Source: Planctomycetota bacterium (lineage in GTDB: Bacteria; Planctomycetota; UBA1135; UBA2386). From it: a stretch of 64,000 nt of DNA. The number at the start of each line of letters is the position of its first letter. The stretch's first letter is position 1. Below, piece by piece: positions 1 to 8,994 of the stretch. The notes beneath the pieces are model-generated. The model ran no database searches and was not told the origin of the DNA. It saw nothing but the letters and a program-made list of their open reading frames with translations. Made by a program: the position numbers and the translations under genes. The DNA is taken from the NCBI GenBank assembly GCA_965662465.1, contig CBFIIO010000012.1:6714-70713 (forward strand). The letters run 5' to 3'.

Positions 1-1449
1 AAAGTCTGCGACCCCATGAAACTTAGCCCAGTCTTCACCATCAAACTGAATCGCTTTGCCCGATCCAAAGCCTGAAACAAGCTGCGGTGAATCCCCAACT
101 TTACCAGGCTTGGCGTTGTCTGCTTCGTTAACCAGCACACCGCCTTCCATCGCCTCAAACTGAAATCGGCCGACGCCAACTGGAAGCAACGCATCGTCGT
201 CGCTCGCCTGCTCAAACCAGTCAGTAAAGGCGCTAGAATTTTTAAGCTGGAGCGACGAGATACGATCTTCTAACTCACGTGCTTTACTAGCCGCATCAGC
301 CTCGGCCTTAGACTGCGCATCGGTCGCCAAAGATAAAGCAGGCGTTGGCGTTGCTCGCGTGAAGTGGGAATAGAGGCCCGATTCATCGATGTTGTCAAAG
401 AACGCCGATAGTTCGTAATACTCGCGCTGCGTAACCGGATCGAACTTGTGATCGTGACACCGAGCGCATCCGATCGTCATACCGAGGAATGCAGTAGAAA
501 ACGTCTCGGTACGGTCCGCGACATACTCAAGCCGCATTTCCTCCTCAACACTTCCGCCCTCGTTGGTTTGTCGATGCAGGCGCTGGAAAGCCGTCGCCAA
601 CTGCTGATCGAGAGCCGCGCCGGGTAACAAATCGCCGGCAATCTGCCAGGTAGCGAAGTCGGCGTAGGACAAATTCTCGTTGAACGAGCGCACAACCCAA
701 TCGCGCCAAGGCCAGACGGCACGCTCGACATCATTTTGGTAGCCAAAGGTATCGGCATAGCGCGCAACATCTAACCAATCGCTCGCCATGCGCTCCCCGT
801 AACGCGTCGACTGCAGCAAGTCATCAACAGCGCTCGTCACATCACCATCAACAACAAGCTGTTCAATCTGAGCCTTCGTAGGCGGAAGCCCATTGAGCAC
901 CAAGCTCACACGACGCAAATATACTTCTGCTGGAGCAGGCGGCGACGGCGCCATGCCTTGCGCTTCCATCTTGGCCAGAACAAATACGTCAAGCTCGTTG
1001 CTAGCCCACTGCTTCTGCCGGATCTGCGGCAGCGCTACCTGCTCTGGCACCGGCATAAATGACCAGTGGGTGGTGTAGGCAGCGCCCTCGGATATCCACT
1101 GCCGTAAAACACGGATCTCGTCTGCACTGACAGCCAACTTGCTGTCCGCCGGAGGCATGCGTTGCTCAGCATCATGCGCGGTAACGCGGCGCAACAATTC
1201 ACTCTGATCAGGCTTGCCGGGAACGATAGCCGTGCGACCACTAGGCAATTGCTGTAGCGCCCCAGGGCGCTCGTCTAGTCGCAAGCCTGCTTCGCGCTTG
1301 GCTCCATCAGGCCCGTGACAAGCAAAGCAACGATCCGAGAGTATTGGCCTCACATCGCGCGCAAAACTGACACGACTCTGTGCTCCAATCGATTTGGCAG
1401 AAAGCACGGCACAGCACAGCAAAAATGCAATCGAACCCAGCCGATCCAT
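1..1449 (-). CDS. PSCyt1 / PSCyt2(DUF1549) / PSD1(DUF1553)-family protein, N-terminal 483 codons (3' end lies beyond the window start)
   Basis: Absent from the ORF track because it has no in-window stop. The reverse frame is open from ATG (1449..1447) to position 1. Translation starts MDRLGSIAFLLCCAVLSAKSIGAQS (signal peptide). It continues FARDVRPILSDRCFACHGPDGAKREAGLRLD (CxxCH planctomycete cytochrome-c module), then WLDVARYADTFGYQND and GCARCHDHKFDP (DUF1549-type motifs). Confidence 0.85.
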   Translation of the reverse strand, partial: MDRLGSIAFLLCCAVLSAKSIGAQSRVSFARDVRPILSDRCFACHGPDGAKREAGLRLDERPGALQQLPSGRTAIVPGKPDQSELLRRVTAHDAEQRMPPADSKLAVSADEIRVLRQWISEGAAYTTHWSFMPVPEQVALPQIRQKQWASNELDVFVLAKMEAQGMAPSPPAPAEVYLRRVSLVLNGLPPTKAQIEQLVVDGDVTSAVDDLLQSTRYGERMASDWLDVARYADTFGYQNDVERAVWPWRDWVVRSFNENLSYADFATWQIAGDLLPGAALDQQLATAFQRLHRQTNEGGSVEEEMRLEYVADRTETFSTAFLGMTIGCARCHDHKFDPVTQREYYELSAFFDNIDESGLYSHFTRATPTPALSLATDAQSKAEADAASKARELEDRISSLQLKNSSAFTDWFEQASDDDALLPVGVGRFQFEAMEGGVLVNEADNAKPGKVGDSPQLVSGFGSGKAIQFDGEDWAKFHGVADF

Positions 1450-1729
1450 CACGCCCCGTGCAAAAACATGCCTAGCTATCATCTTCAACCATTGTCGGTC
1501 CGGATCGAATCAGCGCAATGAGCTGGGAGAACTGCAACGCTGCCCACCACATGACAATGTAGAGTCGACCAGCACCTAGCCCACTGGATGCGAGTGCAAC
1601 CTTCTGGCTCGCGCCTGGTAAATCGGCCCTAGTTGCATGCCCCCGAACAACTTCCATACAACATCCACGCATTCATGAGTTGTTCTCACTGGCCGACTTC
1701 GCTCATGATTGGTACCCTCTTCGCGCCGC

Positions 1730-1806
1730 GCGCCCGTAGCTCAGCTGGATAGAGCATCGCTTTCCTAAAGCGGAGGTCACAGGTTCGAATCCTGTCGGGC
1801 GTACCA
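1730..1806 (+). tRNA. tRNA-Arg (anticodon CCT), CCA encoded
   Basis: 77-nt cloverleaf read by hand. Acceptor GCGCCCG/CGGGCGT (G1-U72 wobble), D arm GCTC-AGCTGGATA-GAGC, anticodon stem TCGCT/AGCGG with loop TTCCTAA, T arm ACAGG-TTCGAAT-CCTGT, discriminator A plus CCA. Confidence 0.9.
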
Positions 1807-2131
1807 CTCAGCCTCAGGGCCTGCCCCGACCCCGGTCGCACGGCAAGATTCGATATCCGCCGGAAAGATTCCGGGCGTGAGCGGAGCCGCTTTGGCCGAT
1901 AATCGTAATAGCAACAACGCAGCAGCAAGCCGTTCCTGCTGTGCCGTTCTATAAAAGAGCTCAAAAGGCCCGCCACAAGAATCCTGTAAGCACAATATAT
2001 AATTACGTTTACGACGATTAATACGGGCGCCCAAAAGGCTCTGTTACCTTCTGGTTGCGTGCTGGTAACCCGGTCCGAGCCAGCTTCGAGATATCTTGCT
2101 CAAACTGTCCACATCAAAGAATCCACACCCA

Positions 2132-5100
2132 ATGACGCCCCTGCATAGCCCCCGAGTCACTCTCCGCTATTTGGTCACGCTGACTGCGCTGCTTATGCCG
2201 CTCTCGATCACAAACTCAGTGGTCGCTCAGGGATCTGCAAAGCGCACGCTCACTCATGACGACTACGACACCTGGGAGTCCATGAGCGGCGCGACCTACA
2301 GCCGCGACGGCAAATGGATGGCATACACGATAGGTCCGCGTGTCGGCGACGGCAGACTCTACATCCAGGAAGTCGACGGCGACAAGGTCTATGAGTTTGC
2401 CCGTGGCACTCGAGTCTCATTCTCAAACGACAACAATCTCGCGTTCTACAAGCTCAGTAAATCGTACGACGAAGAGCGCAAAAAGAAGATCGAGAAGCTC
2501 TACGAGAAGAAGGCAGAGGAAGAACCCAAAGAGACCGAAGAACAGGAAGGTCTGCCCCCAGATATCAAAGAAGCATTAGCCGAGCGTGGCATTCCAGAAG
2601 CCAGAGCTCTGAGCATGATGGAACAGACGCAATCACTGACCCAAATGCGCAGCTTCCTAGGCTTGCCCGAACCAGCTAAGAAAGCGAAGAAGCCCGCAGC
2701 TACCGGCAAAAAAGAAAGTGGCGACAAGAAAGCCAAGGCGGCCGAAAAGGCACTTTCCCAACGCGTATACATTCTCAACCTCAGCACCGGTGAAATCGAG
2801 AAGCTAGAGAGCGTCAAGAGTTATCGCAAAATTGGCGACGGCTCATTGCTGGCTATCCACTACGAAAAACCAGAGCCGAAGAAGGACGAGAAAAAGCCTG
2901 CTGAGACATCAGCAGAAAAGAAGACCGAAGCTCCGGCAGCTACGGAAAAGACAGCCAGTGCTGAAAAGCCAGAAAAGAAAGAAGCTGAAAAGAAGCCGAA
3001 GAAAAAAGTCGACCCAAAAGAAGCCAAGCGTACGGATGGCACCAAACTAGTGATTCGCGACTTAGCGAATGGCGAATCCGTCACCATTGAGCACTGCCGA
3101 TCTTTCGGCACACTCGCCGATGACACATGGCTGTGGTACACGATCGGCACCAAGAAGAAGTCAGAAGGCGTAGAGCACGGCTTGTTCGCACGTGAGCTGT
3201 CTTCGGGAACCACGGTTAAGGTGCTTCCGGGCTACAGCAATGTGTCGGGCATGACCACCGACTACGGCAACGAAGTCTTAGCATTCACAAGCGACTTACG
3301 AACGTTCGGCACGAAGGAAAAACGGTCCGAGATTTACCTCTGGGACTTCAATGAAAAGTCTGCACGCCGCGCTGTCGACGCAAAGACTGCCGGCTTTCCA
3401 GCAGATCACAAGATTCAATCTAGCGGCCTGAGCTTCTCTCGTGACGCATCAGTTTTGATGATGCGCATCAGCCAACCAAAGATTGAAGACTTGCCAAAGA
3501 TCTTGTCTGAAGACGAGGTCAAGCTGGACATGTGGCACTTTGAGGACGGCCTCCTCCAACCCATGCAAGCAAAGCGCAGCAATCCTGCGAAGGCTTCGCT
3601 AACCGTGGCTTACCACCTTGATGTCGATCGCGCTGTGGTGCTTGGCACTCCGAAAAACCCAAGCATGTCACTGCTTACCGATGACGGTTCGCGCGCACTG
3701 CTAACAGACGGAACTCCGTATCAAAAACAAGTCACTTGGGATGGTAGCTATAACGACTTCTACATCGTCAACACAGTTGATGGTAGCCGTCAAAAGATCA
3801 TTGAAGGTCTACGTGGACGCGCCAACCGTTCCACTGGTGGTCGATATGTGATCTGGTTTGATCACCGCGATTATCATTGGCACACCTACGACGTACAGAG
3901 CGGTGCGACGCGTAATCTGACCAAGGACATTCCAGTCGCGTTCGACCGCGAACTTGACGACCGCCCAGAGCCACACCGTGCGCACGGCAGTTCTGGGTGG
4001 ACCGAAAATGACGCTGAGGTCTTACTCAACGATGAATTCGACATCTGGGCAGTCAGCCCCGAAACAGGCAAGTTCCGCTGCGTTACAGATGGCCTTGGTC
4101 GTGCCAGCGGCATCACTCTTCGCACTGGAGGACCTGACCTACGCCCCGATGCGGAGCGCGACGACAACGAGAAGCGACGCTGGCTTCGCGACGAACTATC
4201 GCTGCGCGCAACGGACACCGCCACATACGCGACCGGGGTTTATGCCGACTCAATCACCGGCATAGCAAAGCCGCGCAAGGTAGTAATGGTCGATTGCTCC
4301 ATGCGCAGCATGACTAGGCCGCAAGACGCTGACCGTCTATTCGTCACCTACAGCCGCTATGACCAATATCCAGATGTCTGGACCACGGACTTGGCTTTCG
4401 ACAGCGGCAAGAAACTGACCGATGGCTGCCCAAGCCACAACGAATTCAGTTGGGGTTCGGCCGAACTGGTCAATTGGCGCTCTGATGACGGCATCGATCT
4501 AAAGGGCTACTTGGTCAAGCCAGACGGCTTCGATCCAACAAAGAAGTACCCGATGATGGTCTACTTCTACGAACGTAGCTCGCAAGGTATCCACCGCTTC
4601 GTCACGCCAAGCATTGGCACATCACCAAACGCAGCCTACTACGTATCCAACGGCTATCTGTGGTTCGTCCCAGATATCGTCTACCGCGATGGCTATCCGG
4701 GAGAGTCCTGCGAGAAGTGCGTCGTCTCTGGCGTGCAGCACCTACTCACAAAAGGATTCGTCGATAAGGATCGCATTGGCGCAGCGGGCCACTCATGGGG
4801 TGGCTACCAAACTGCCCACCTCATCACGCGGACCGATATCTTTGCAGCCGTCGAGTCGGGAGCACCGGTCGTCAACATGTTCAGTGCTTACGGGGGCATT
4901 CGCTGGGGCTCTGGTATGTCACGCCAATTCCAATACGAGCAAACCCAATCACGCATTGGTGGCACGATCTGGGAACAACCAATGCGCTACTGGGAGAACT
5001 CACCGCTATTCTATTTCGACAAGGTGCGCACACCCGTCCTGATCCTGCATAACGATCAAGATGGCGCAGTCCCGTGGTATCAAGGAATCGAGTTCTTCAC

Positions 5101-5413
5101 TGCGATGCGTCGCCTGAATAAGGAAGCCTACCTATTCAATTATAATGGGGAAGGTCATGGCCTGCGCAAAAAGCAGAACCAACGTGACTGGACACGCCGC
5201 ATGCAGGAGTACTTTGATCACCATCTAAAGGGATCTGCAGCGCCTAACTGGATGCGTAACGGCATTCCTTATCACAAGCGTGAAGCGGAGAAGATCCCTC
5301 ATGCAAAGAGCTACCGCGAAGGCCTGCAATCTGGCTTAATCCAAAGCACAGATAGCAACAACACCAAGCCAGCAGCAACCCAGTCGCCTGCAGGCATCCG
5401 CGATAAGAAGTAG
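2132..5413 (+). CDS. secreted S9-family serine peptidase (prolyl oligopeptidase / dipeptidyl-peptidase type) with low-complexity insertions
   Basis: ORF track 2096..5413 starts at TTG. The first ATG at 2132 gives the signal peptide MTPLHSPRVTLRYLVTLTALLMPLSITNSVVAQG. The C-terminal alpha/beta hydrolase has nucleophile elbow GHSWGGYQ, then NDQDGAVP and GEGHGL (Ser-Asp-His order of family S9). The N-terminal propeller-like part is interrupted by K/E/A/P-rich tracts. Confidence 0.85.
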   Translation: MTPLHSPRVTLRYLVTLTALLMPLSITNSVVAQGSAKRTLTHDDYDTWESMSGATYSRDGKWMAYTIGPRVGDGRLYIQEVDGDKVYEFARGTRVSFSNDNNLAFYKLSKSYDEERKKKIEKLYEKKAEEEPKETEEQEGLPPDIKEALAERGIPEARALSMMEQTQSLTQMRSFLGLPEPAKKAKKPAATGKKESGDKKAKAAEKALSQRVYILNLSTGEIEKLESVKSYRKIGDGSLLAIHYEKPEPKKDEKKPAETSAEKKTEAPAATEKTASAEKPEKKEAEKKPKKKVDPKEAKRTDGTKLVIRDLANGESVTIEHCRSFGTLADDTWLWYTIGTKKKSEGVEHGLFARELSSGTTVKVLPGYSNVSGMTTDYGNEVLAFTSDLRTFGTKEKRSEIYLWDFNEKSARRAVDAKTAGFPADHKIQSSGLSFSRDASVLMMRISQPKIEDLPKILSEDEVKLDMWHFEDGLLQPMQAKRSNPAKASLTVAYHLDVDRAVVLGTPKNPSMSLLTDDGSRALLTDGTPYQKQVTWDGSYNDFYIVNTVDGSRQKIIEGLRGRANRSTGGRYVIWFDHRDYHWHTYDVQSGATRNLTKDIPVAFDRELDDRPEPHRAHGSSGWTENDAEVLLNDEFDIWAVSPETGKFRCVTDGLGRASGITLRTGGPDLRPDAERDDNEKRRWLRDELSLRATDTATYATGVYADSITGIAKPRKVVMVDCSMRSMTRPQDADRLFVTYSRYDQYPDVWTTDLAFDSGKKLTDGCPSHNEFSWGSAELVNWRSDDGIDLKGYLVKPDGFDPTKKYPMMVYFYERSSQGIHRFVTPSIGTSPNAAYYVSNGYLWFVPDIVYRDGYPGESCEKCVVSGVQHLLTKGFVDKDRIGAAGHSWGGYQTAHLITRTDIFAAVESGAPVVNMFSAYGGIRWGSGMSRQFQYEQTQSRIGGTIWEQPMRYWENSPLFYFDKVRTPVLILHNDQDGAVPWYQGIEFFTAMRRLNKEAYLFNYNGEGHGLRKKQNQRDWTRRMQEYFDHHLKGSAAPNWMRNGIPYHKREAEKIPHAKSYREGLQSGLIQSTDSNNTKPAATQSPAGIRDKK

Positions 5414-5509
5414 CCCCAGTAATCGACAGTCGCGTGGCACAACAGCGACGGCAACTACGCCGCCGCCAACGCCGCCGCCAAAGCCGCCACCACTACCGAA
5501 CCGCGAAGA

Positions 5510-7027
5510 TCACTCCAGAACGGGCGGCAAGGCCACGGAGCCACCACCAACTTCGCGCGGCATCGGTGCTTTGGTAGCGCGTAACCATTCACGCAAATCC
5601 AAAGCCAGTGGTCGCAAGAGATCGGGGCGCGAATCTGCCAAGTTGTTGGCTTCGTTGATGTCGGTAGCAAGATCGAATAGCGACCATGTTCGGTCTTCAA
5701 ACCAGAACACAACCTTGAGGTCTAACCGTCGCAGACTCGCTGCTGGCGTCGTTCGCCACGTGCCGAGCTTACTGCTTGCCTGAAGATAGCCTGGGAAGTG
5801 CCAGTAGAGAGATCGATCAGCAACAGCCTCAGGCTCCATCTTAAAACGACCTGATAGGTCTACACCGTCCAATTGGATGTCGGCAGGCAACGCCGCGCCG
5901 GTGATGCTCGCGAGGGTCGGATATAAGTCAAAAGACTGCAGTGAGGTCGCATCCAGACCTCCTGCTTTGACCTTTCCATCCCAGCGGACGATAAACGGCA
6001 CCCGTGTGCCACCCTCGAACAGCGATCCCTTACCAGACCTAAGCGGCAACTGGTTGGTTACCTCACTACCGCCGCCAATACCGGCTTGGCGATAGCCACC
6101 CAGCCCACCATTATCCGACGTAAAGATGATGAGCGTATTCTCTATCAACTTATAGCCGGCGCGCATCGGATCGTCAGTCTCCGACAAGAACTTCATAACG
6201 CGACCACAGTTGTCATCCAGGTTCTTCAGCATCGCCGCGTAGCGACGATTGCGGTGACGTGAGCCTAGAGCAGCTTCTGGTGTTGCCGCTAAATCAGCTG
6301 GAGGTGCCTCGATCGGGGTGTGCACCGAGTAATGACTAAGGCAACAAAAGATTGGCTTCTTAGCCGCCGCCATCCACGCGATGGCGTCATCGGTCAATCG
6401 ATCCGCCATGAACTGTTTGGGCTTACCGTTTGCCGGTAGCCCAGGAATAGCAAACGCTCCCTGATCGTCGGCAAAGTTCCGAACCCGTCCAACACCGCCA
6501 CGATGGTCGCCACCGGCCTGGTGATCAAACCCCTGCTCGGTTGGAGATGCCTGATCTTCGGCATCACCAAGGTGCCATTTGCCAAAGTGCGCGGTCGTAT
6601 AGCCTGCAGATTGCAGAGTCTCAGCCATCGTTACAAAAGAAGGGCTGAGCGTTGTTTTGTTCGGCGCAGCCGAAAGCTTTCGATACTCCGCTTTGCCGCG
6701 ATTGCCATCGACGACGGTATAGATGCCGGTTCGAGCCGCCCACTGGCCACTCCACAACGCCGCTCGTGTCGGCGCACAGTTAGGACCGTTGCTGTATGCG
6801 TTGGGAAAGCACGTCCCGGCCGCAGCCAATGCATCAAGGTTTGGAGTGCGGTAGTAAGGCGAACCGTGATTGCCGTTGGTCCGGCCCGTGGACAAGTCAG
6901 TCCAACCAAGGTCATCAGCGAGGATGAACACGATATTTGGCCGCTGCGACTTGGACTCGGTCTGAGCAGGCAAAGCGATACCTGAAGTCAAAATAATGCA
7001 CAGACCAACGAAGGTGTAGTTGCTCAT
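5510..7027 (-). CDS. formylglycine-dependent sulfatase (arylsulfatase A family)
   Basis: Signal peptide MSNYTFVGLCIILTSGIALPAQT. Metal-binding N-terminus FILADDLGWTD and C-x-P-x-R formylglycine motif CAPTRAALWSG. Confidence 0.9.
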   Translation of the reverse strand: MSNYTFVGLCIILTSGIALPAQTESKSQRPNIVFILADDLGWTDLSTGRTNGNHGSPYYRTPNLDALAAAGTCFPNAYSNGPNCAPTRAALWSGQWAARTGIYTVVDGNRGKAEYRKLSAAPNKTTLSPSFVTMAETLQSAGYTTAHFGKWHLGDAEDQASPTEQGFDHQAGGDHRGGVGRVRNFADDQGAFAIPGLPANGKPKQFMADRLTDDAIAWMAAAKKPIFCCLSHYSVHTPIEAPPADLAATPEAALGSRHRNRRYAAMLKNLDDNCGRVMKFLSETDDPMRAGYKLIENTLIIFTSDNGGLGGYRQAGIGGGSEVTNQLPLRSGKGSLFEGGTRVPFIVRWDGKVKAGGLDATSLQSFDLYPTLASITGAALPADIQLDGVDLSGRFKMEPEAVADRSLYWHFPGYLQASSKLGTWRTTPAASLRRLDLKVVFWFEDRTWSLFDLATDINEANNLADSRPDLLRPLALDLREWLRATKAPMPREVGGGSVALPPVLE

Positions 7028-7230
7028 CTTTACCTACAGCTAATCGAGTTTGATCGAAGGCTTACCATGATCAGCGGAAAAACATCCCGGCAGAATTGGC
7101 TGACATCCAAAAAGGGGCCGCCAAGACCTGTAAATCACACTTACGACAACTAGAAATCGCGAGGAGAGGAGCAAGCCAACCGGAATAAGTCCCACACCTA
7201 ACGCTTGAGGTTAAACGCTATCATTGAGGA

Positions 7231-8214
7231 ATGCGCATTTTCTCACTCGCTACAGTCTTTGTGGTCGCGGCTGCACTGCTACCAGCACAACAACCCAATT
7301 TTGAAGCTGCTGCCGAATACTCTGATGAGAATGCCGGACTAGCCATGCTCGTCTACGACGACGGCAAACTTGTTTTTGAGCAGTACCAAAACGGACACAA
7401 GCAAAACAAGACGCAACACATCTTCAGCGGCACAAAGTCGTTTGCGCCGATGGTGGCTCTCATCGCACAGCAAGAAGGCCTACTTCAACTCGATGAAAAG
7501 GTCTGTGACACAATCACCGAATGGCAGGGTGACGATGATCGAGAGCTGATCACCATCCGCCACCTGCTCAACTTCACAAGTGGCCTCAAAGACATTGATG
7601 ACGCCCTGCATTCGCTGCAAGCACGCGACAAGTATGCAGCATCTGTCGCCTGCACCTGCGTGCGCACCCCGGGCGCCCGGTTCCAATATGGATCAAACCA
7701 CCTAATGGTGTTCGGCGAACTGATGAAGCGCAAGCTAGCCAACGCATCCACCAAGGAGCAGTCCATGCCAAAAGACTTTGTCGCCTACCTCAAAGATAGA
7801 GTGCTGGAGCCAATCAACTGCAAGTTTGGTGCGTGGCTACGCGACGCAAAGGGTAACCCGGCACTGCCATACGGCGCTTACATGACCGCGCGCGAATGGG
7901 CAAAGTTCGGCCTGCTAGTGCTCAACCGTGGCAAATACGAAGACAAGCAAATAGTCCCTCTCAAGCACTTCGATGAGTGCTTTGTGGGCACAAAAGCAAA
8001 TCCTCGTTATGGCCTAAACTTCTGGCTCATTGGCAAACGAGCGAATCGTCGAAATGAAGCCATTCCTGCCGACACGGTGACTGCAGCAGGAATGTTCAAC
8101 CAAAAGCTCTACATCATTCCGTCTAAGAAATTACTCGTTGTGCGAATGGGCCGAACGGGCGCAAGAGTCCGCTACAACGACATGCAGTTCTTGAACGAAC
8201 TGTTCAGCGAATAG
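7231..8214 (+). CDS. secreted serine hydrolase of the beta-lactamase/transpeptidase-like family
   Basis: N-terminal signal peptide and SxxK motif SGTKSF. Length and layout fit class-C beta-lactamase/EstB-type esterases. The substrate cannot be determined from sequence. Confidence 0.75.
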   Translation: MRIFSLATVFVVAAALLPAQQPNFEAAAEYSDENAGLAMLVYDDGKLVFEQYQNGHKQNKTQHIFSGTKSFAPMVALIAQQEGLLQLDEKVCDTITEWQGDDDRELITIRHLLNFTSGLKDIDDALHSLQARDKYAASVACTCVRTPGARFQYGSNHLMVFGELMKRKLANASTKEQSMPKDFVAYLKDRVLEPINCKFGAWLRDAKGNPALPYGAYMTAREWAKFGLLVLNRGKYEDKQIVPLKHFDECFVGTKANPRYGLNFWLIGKRANRRNEAIPADTVTAAGMFNQKLYIIPSKKLLVVRMGRTGARVRYNDMQFLNELFSE

Positions 8215-8224
8215 AGTAACTCCT

Positions 8225-8259
8225 GCGCTACTGCTGTCTCAGACAGTGCTCTGTAGCGC
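8225..8259. terminator. imperfect hairpin between convergent genes (possible bidirectional terminator)
   Basis: Outer stem GCGCTAC (8225-8231) / GTAGCGC (8253-8259), inner stem CTGTC/GACAG. It sits 11 nt after the stop of the + gene (8214) and encloses the stop of the - gene (8239-8241). No U-tract. Confidence 0.35.
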
Positions 8260-8994
8260 AAGCGCGACCTCATTCACTATCGAGCTCAGGCTGTTGTTTG
8301 AGGTATCAATCACAACATCCGCTTGGCGGTAGAGCGGTTCTCGTTCTGCCAGAATGCGGCGAAGATCCAAGAACGCCTGCTCGTTATCAGCCATTGGACG
8401 CGTGTCACCCTGGGCAATGACTCTCTGCCAATGGTCTTCGGGAGCAGCCTTGAGCCAGACGGTTCGTGCGTGGCACTGCAACGCTTCGTAATTGTCGCCG
8501 TCACTGACAATGCCACCACCAACAGCAACAATGCATGGCTCCCCGGCAAACAAACGCGACAACTCACTTCGCTCGGTAGCGCGATAGTAGGACTCGCCAT
8601 GCATCTGAAAGATCTCGCCGAGGCTCAAACCACTCGCAGTTTCAATGCACTGATCGAGCTCGATAAAAGGCACAGCCAAATGCTCTGCCAGCAGCGGGCC
8701 AACGCTGCTTTTACCGGCACCACGCAGACCAAGGAGCGCTACATGCTGCCGATCGGCCTGGACGACACTTGCTAGCAGCGTCTGCAGCTCTACGCCCAGG
8801 GCGCGTGCCAGTGCCAGCACTCGCAACAGCGATGGATTCGCCTGCGCAGACTCAACATCTGCAAGGAAGCGCTCACTAATATCAGCGCGTTCTGCCAAGT
8901 CGCGGCGCGACCAGCCACGGGACTTTCGTGATGACCGCACATTGGCGGCCAGCACGTCGAGCAACGGGTCCTGATGACTCAGAAGTGATACCAC
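8239..8994 (-). CDS. aroK: XRE-type helix-turn-helix domain fused to shikimate kinase
   Basis: N-terminal HTH (RKSRGWSRRDLAERADISERFLADVESAQANPSL) is followed by a shikimate-kinase core. Core motifs are Walker A GLRGAGKSSVG, FIELDQ and lid VAVGGGIV. The GTG start at 8994 overlaps the upstream Kelch gene stop by 16 nt, so the start is uncertain. Confidence 0.8.
   Translation of the reverse strand: MVSLLSHQDPLLDVLAANVRSSRKSRGWSRRDLAERADISERFLADVESAQANPSLLRVLALARALGVELQTLLASVVQADRQHVALLGLRGAGKSSVGPLLAEHLAVPFIELDQCIETASGLSLGEIFQMHGESYYRATERSELSRLFAGEPCIVAVGGGIVSDGDNYEALQCHARTVWLKAAPEDHWQRVIAQGDTRPMADNEQAFLDLRRILAEREPLYRQADVVIDTSNNSLSSIVNEVALALQSTV

Noticed and set aside
1686-2034. ORFs 1686..1976 (-) and 1777..2034 (-) overlapping the tRNA-Arg gene.
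   Set aside because: They run antisense through a well-folded tRNA and have low-complexity translations, so they are artefacts.
1807-2131. tRNA-Arg 3' flank as an integration site for a genomic island.
   Set aside because: There is no integrase, and I could not find a direct repeat of the tRNA 3' end downstream. The adjacent genes (S9 peptidase, sulfatase) look like ordinary lineage-typical genes. An AT-rich patch near 1990-2025 is more simply a promoter region.
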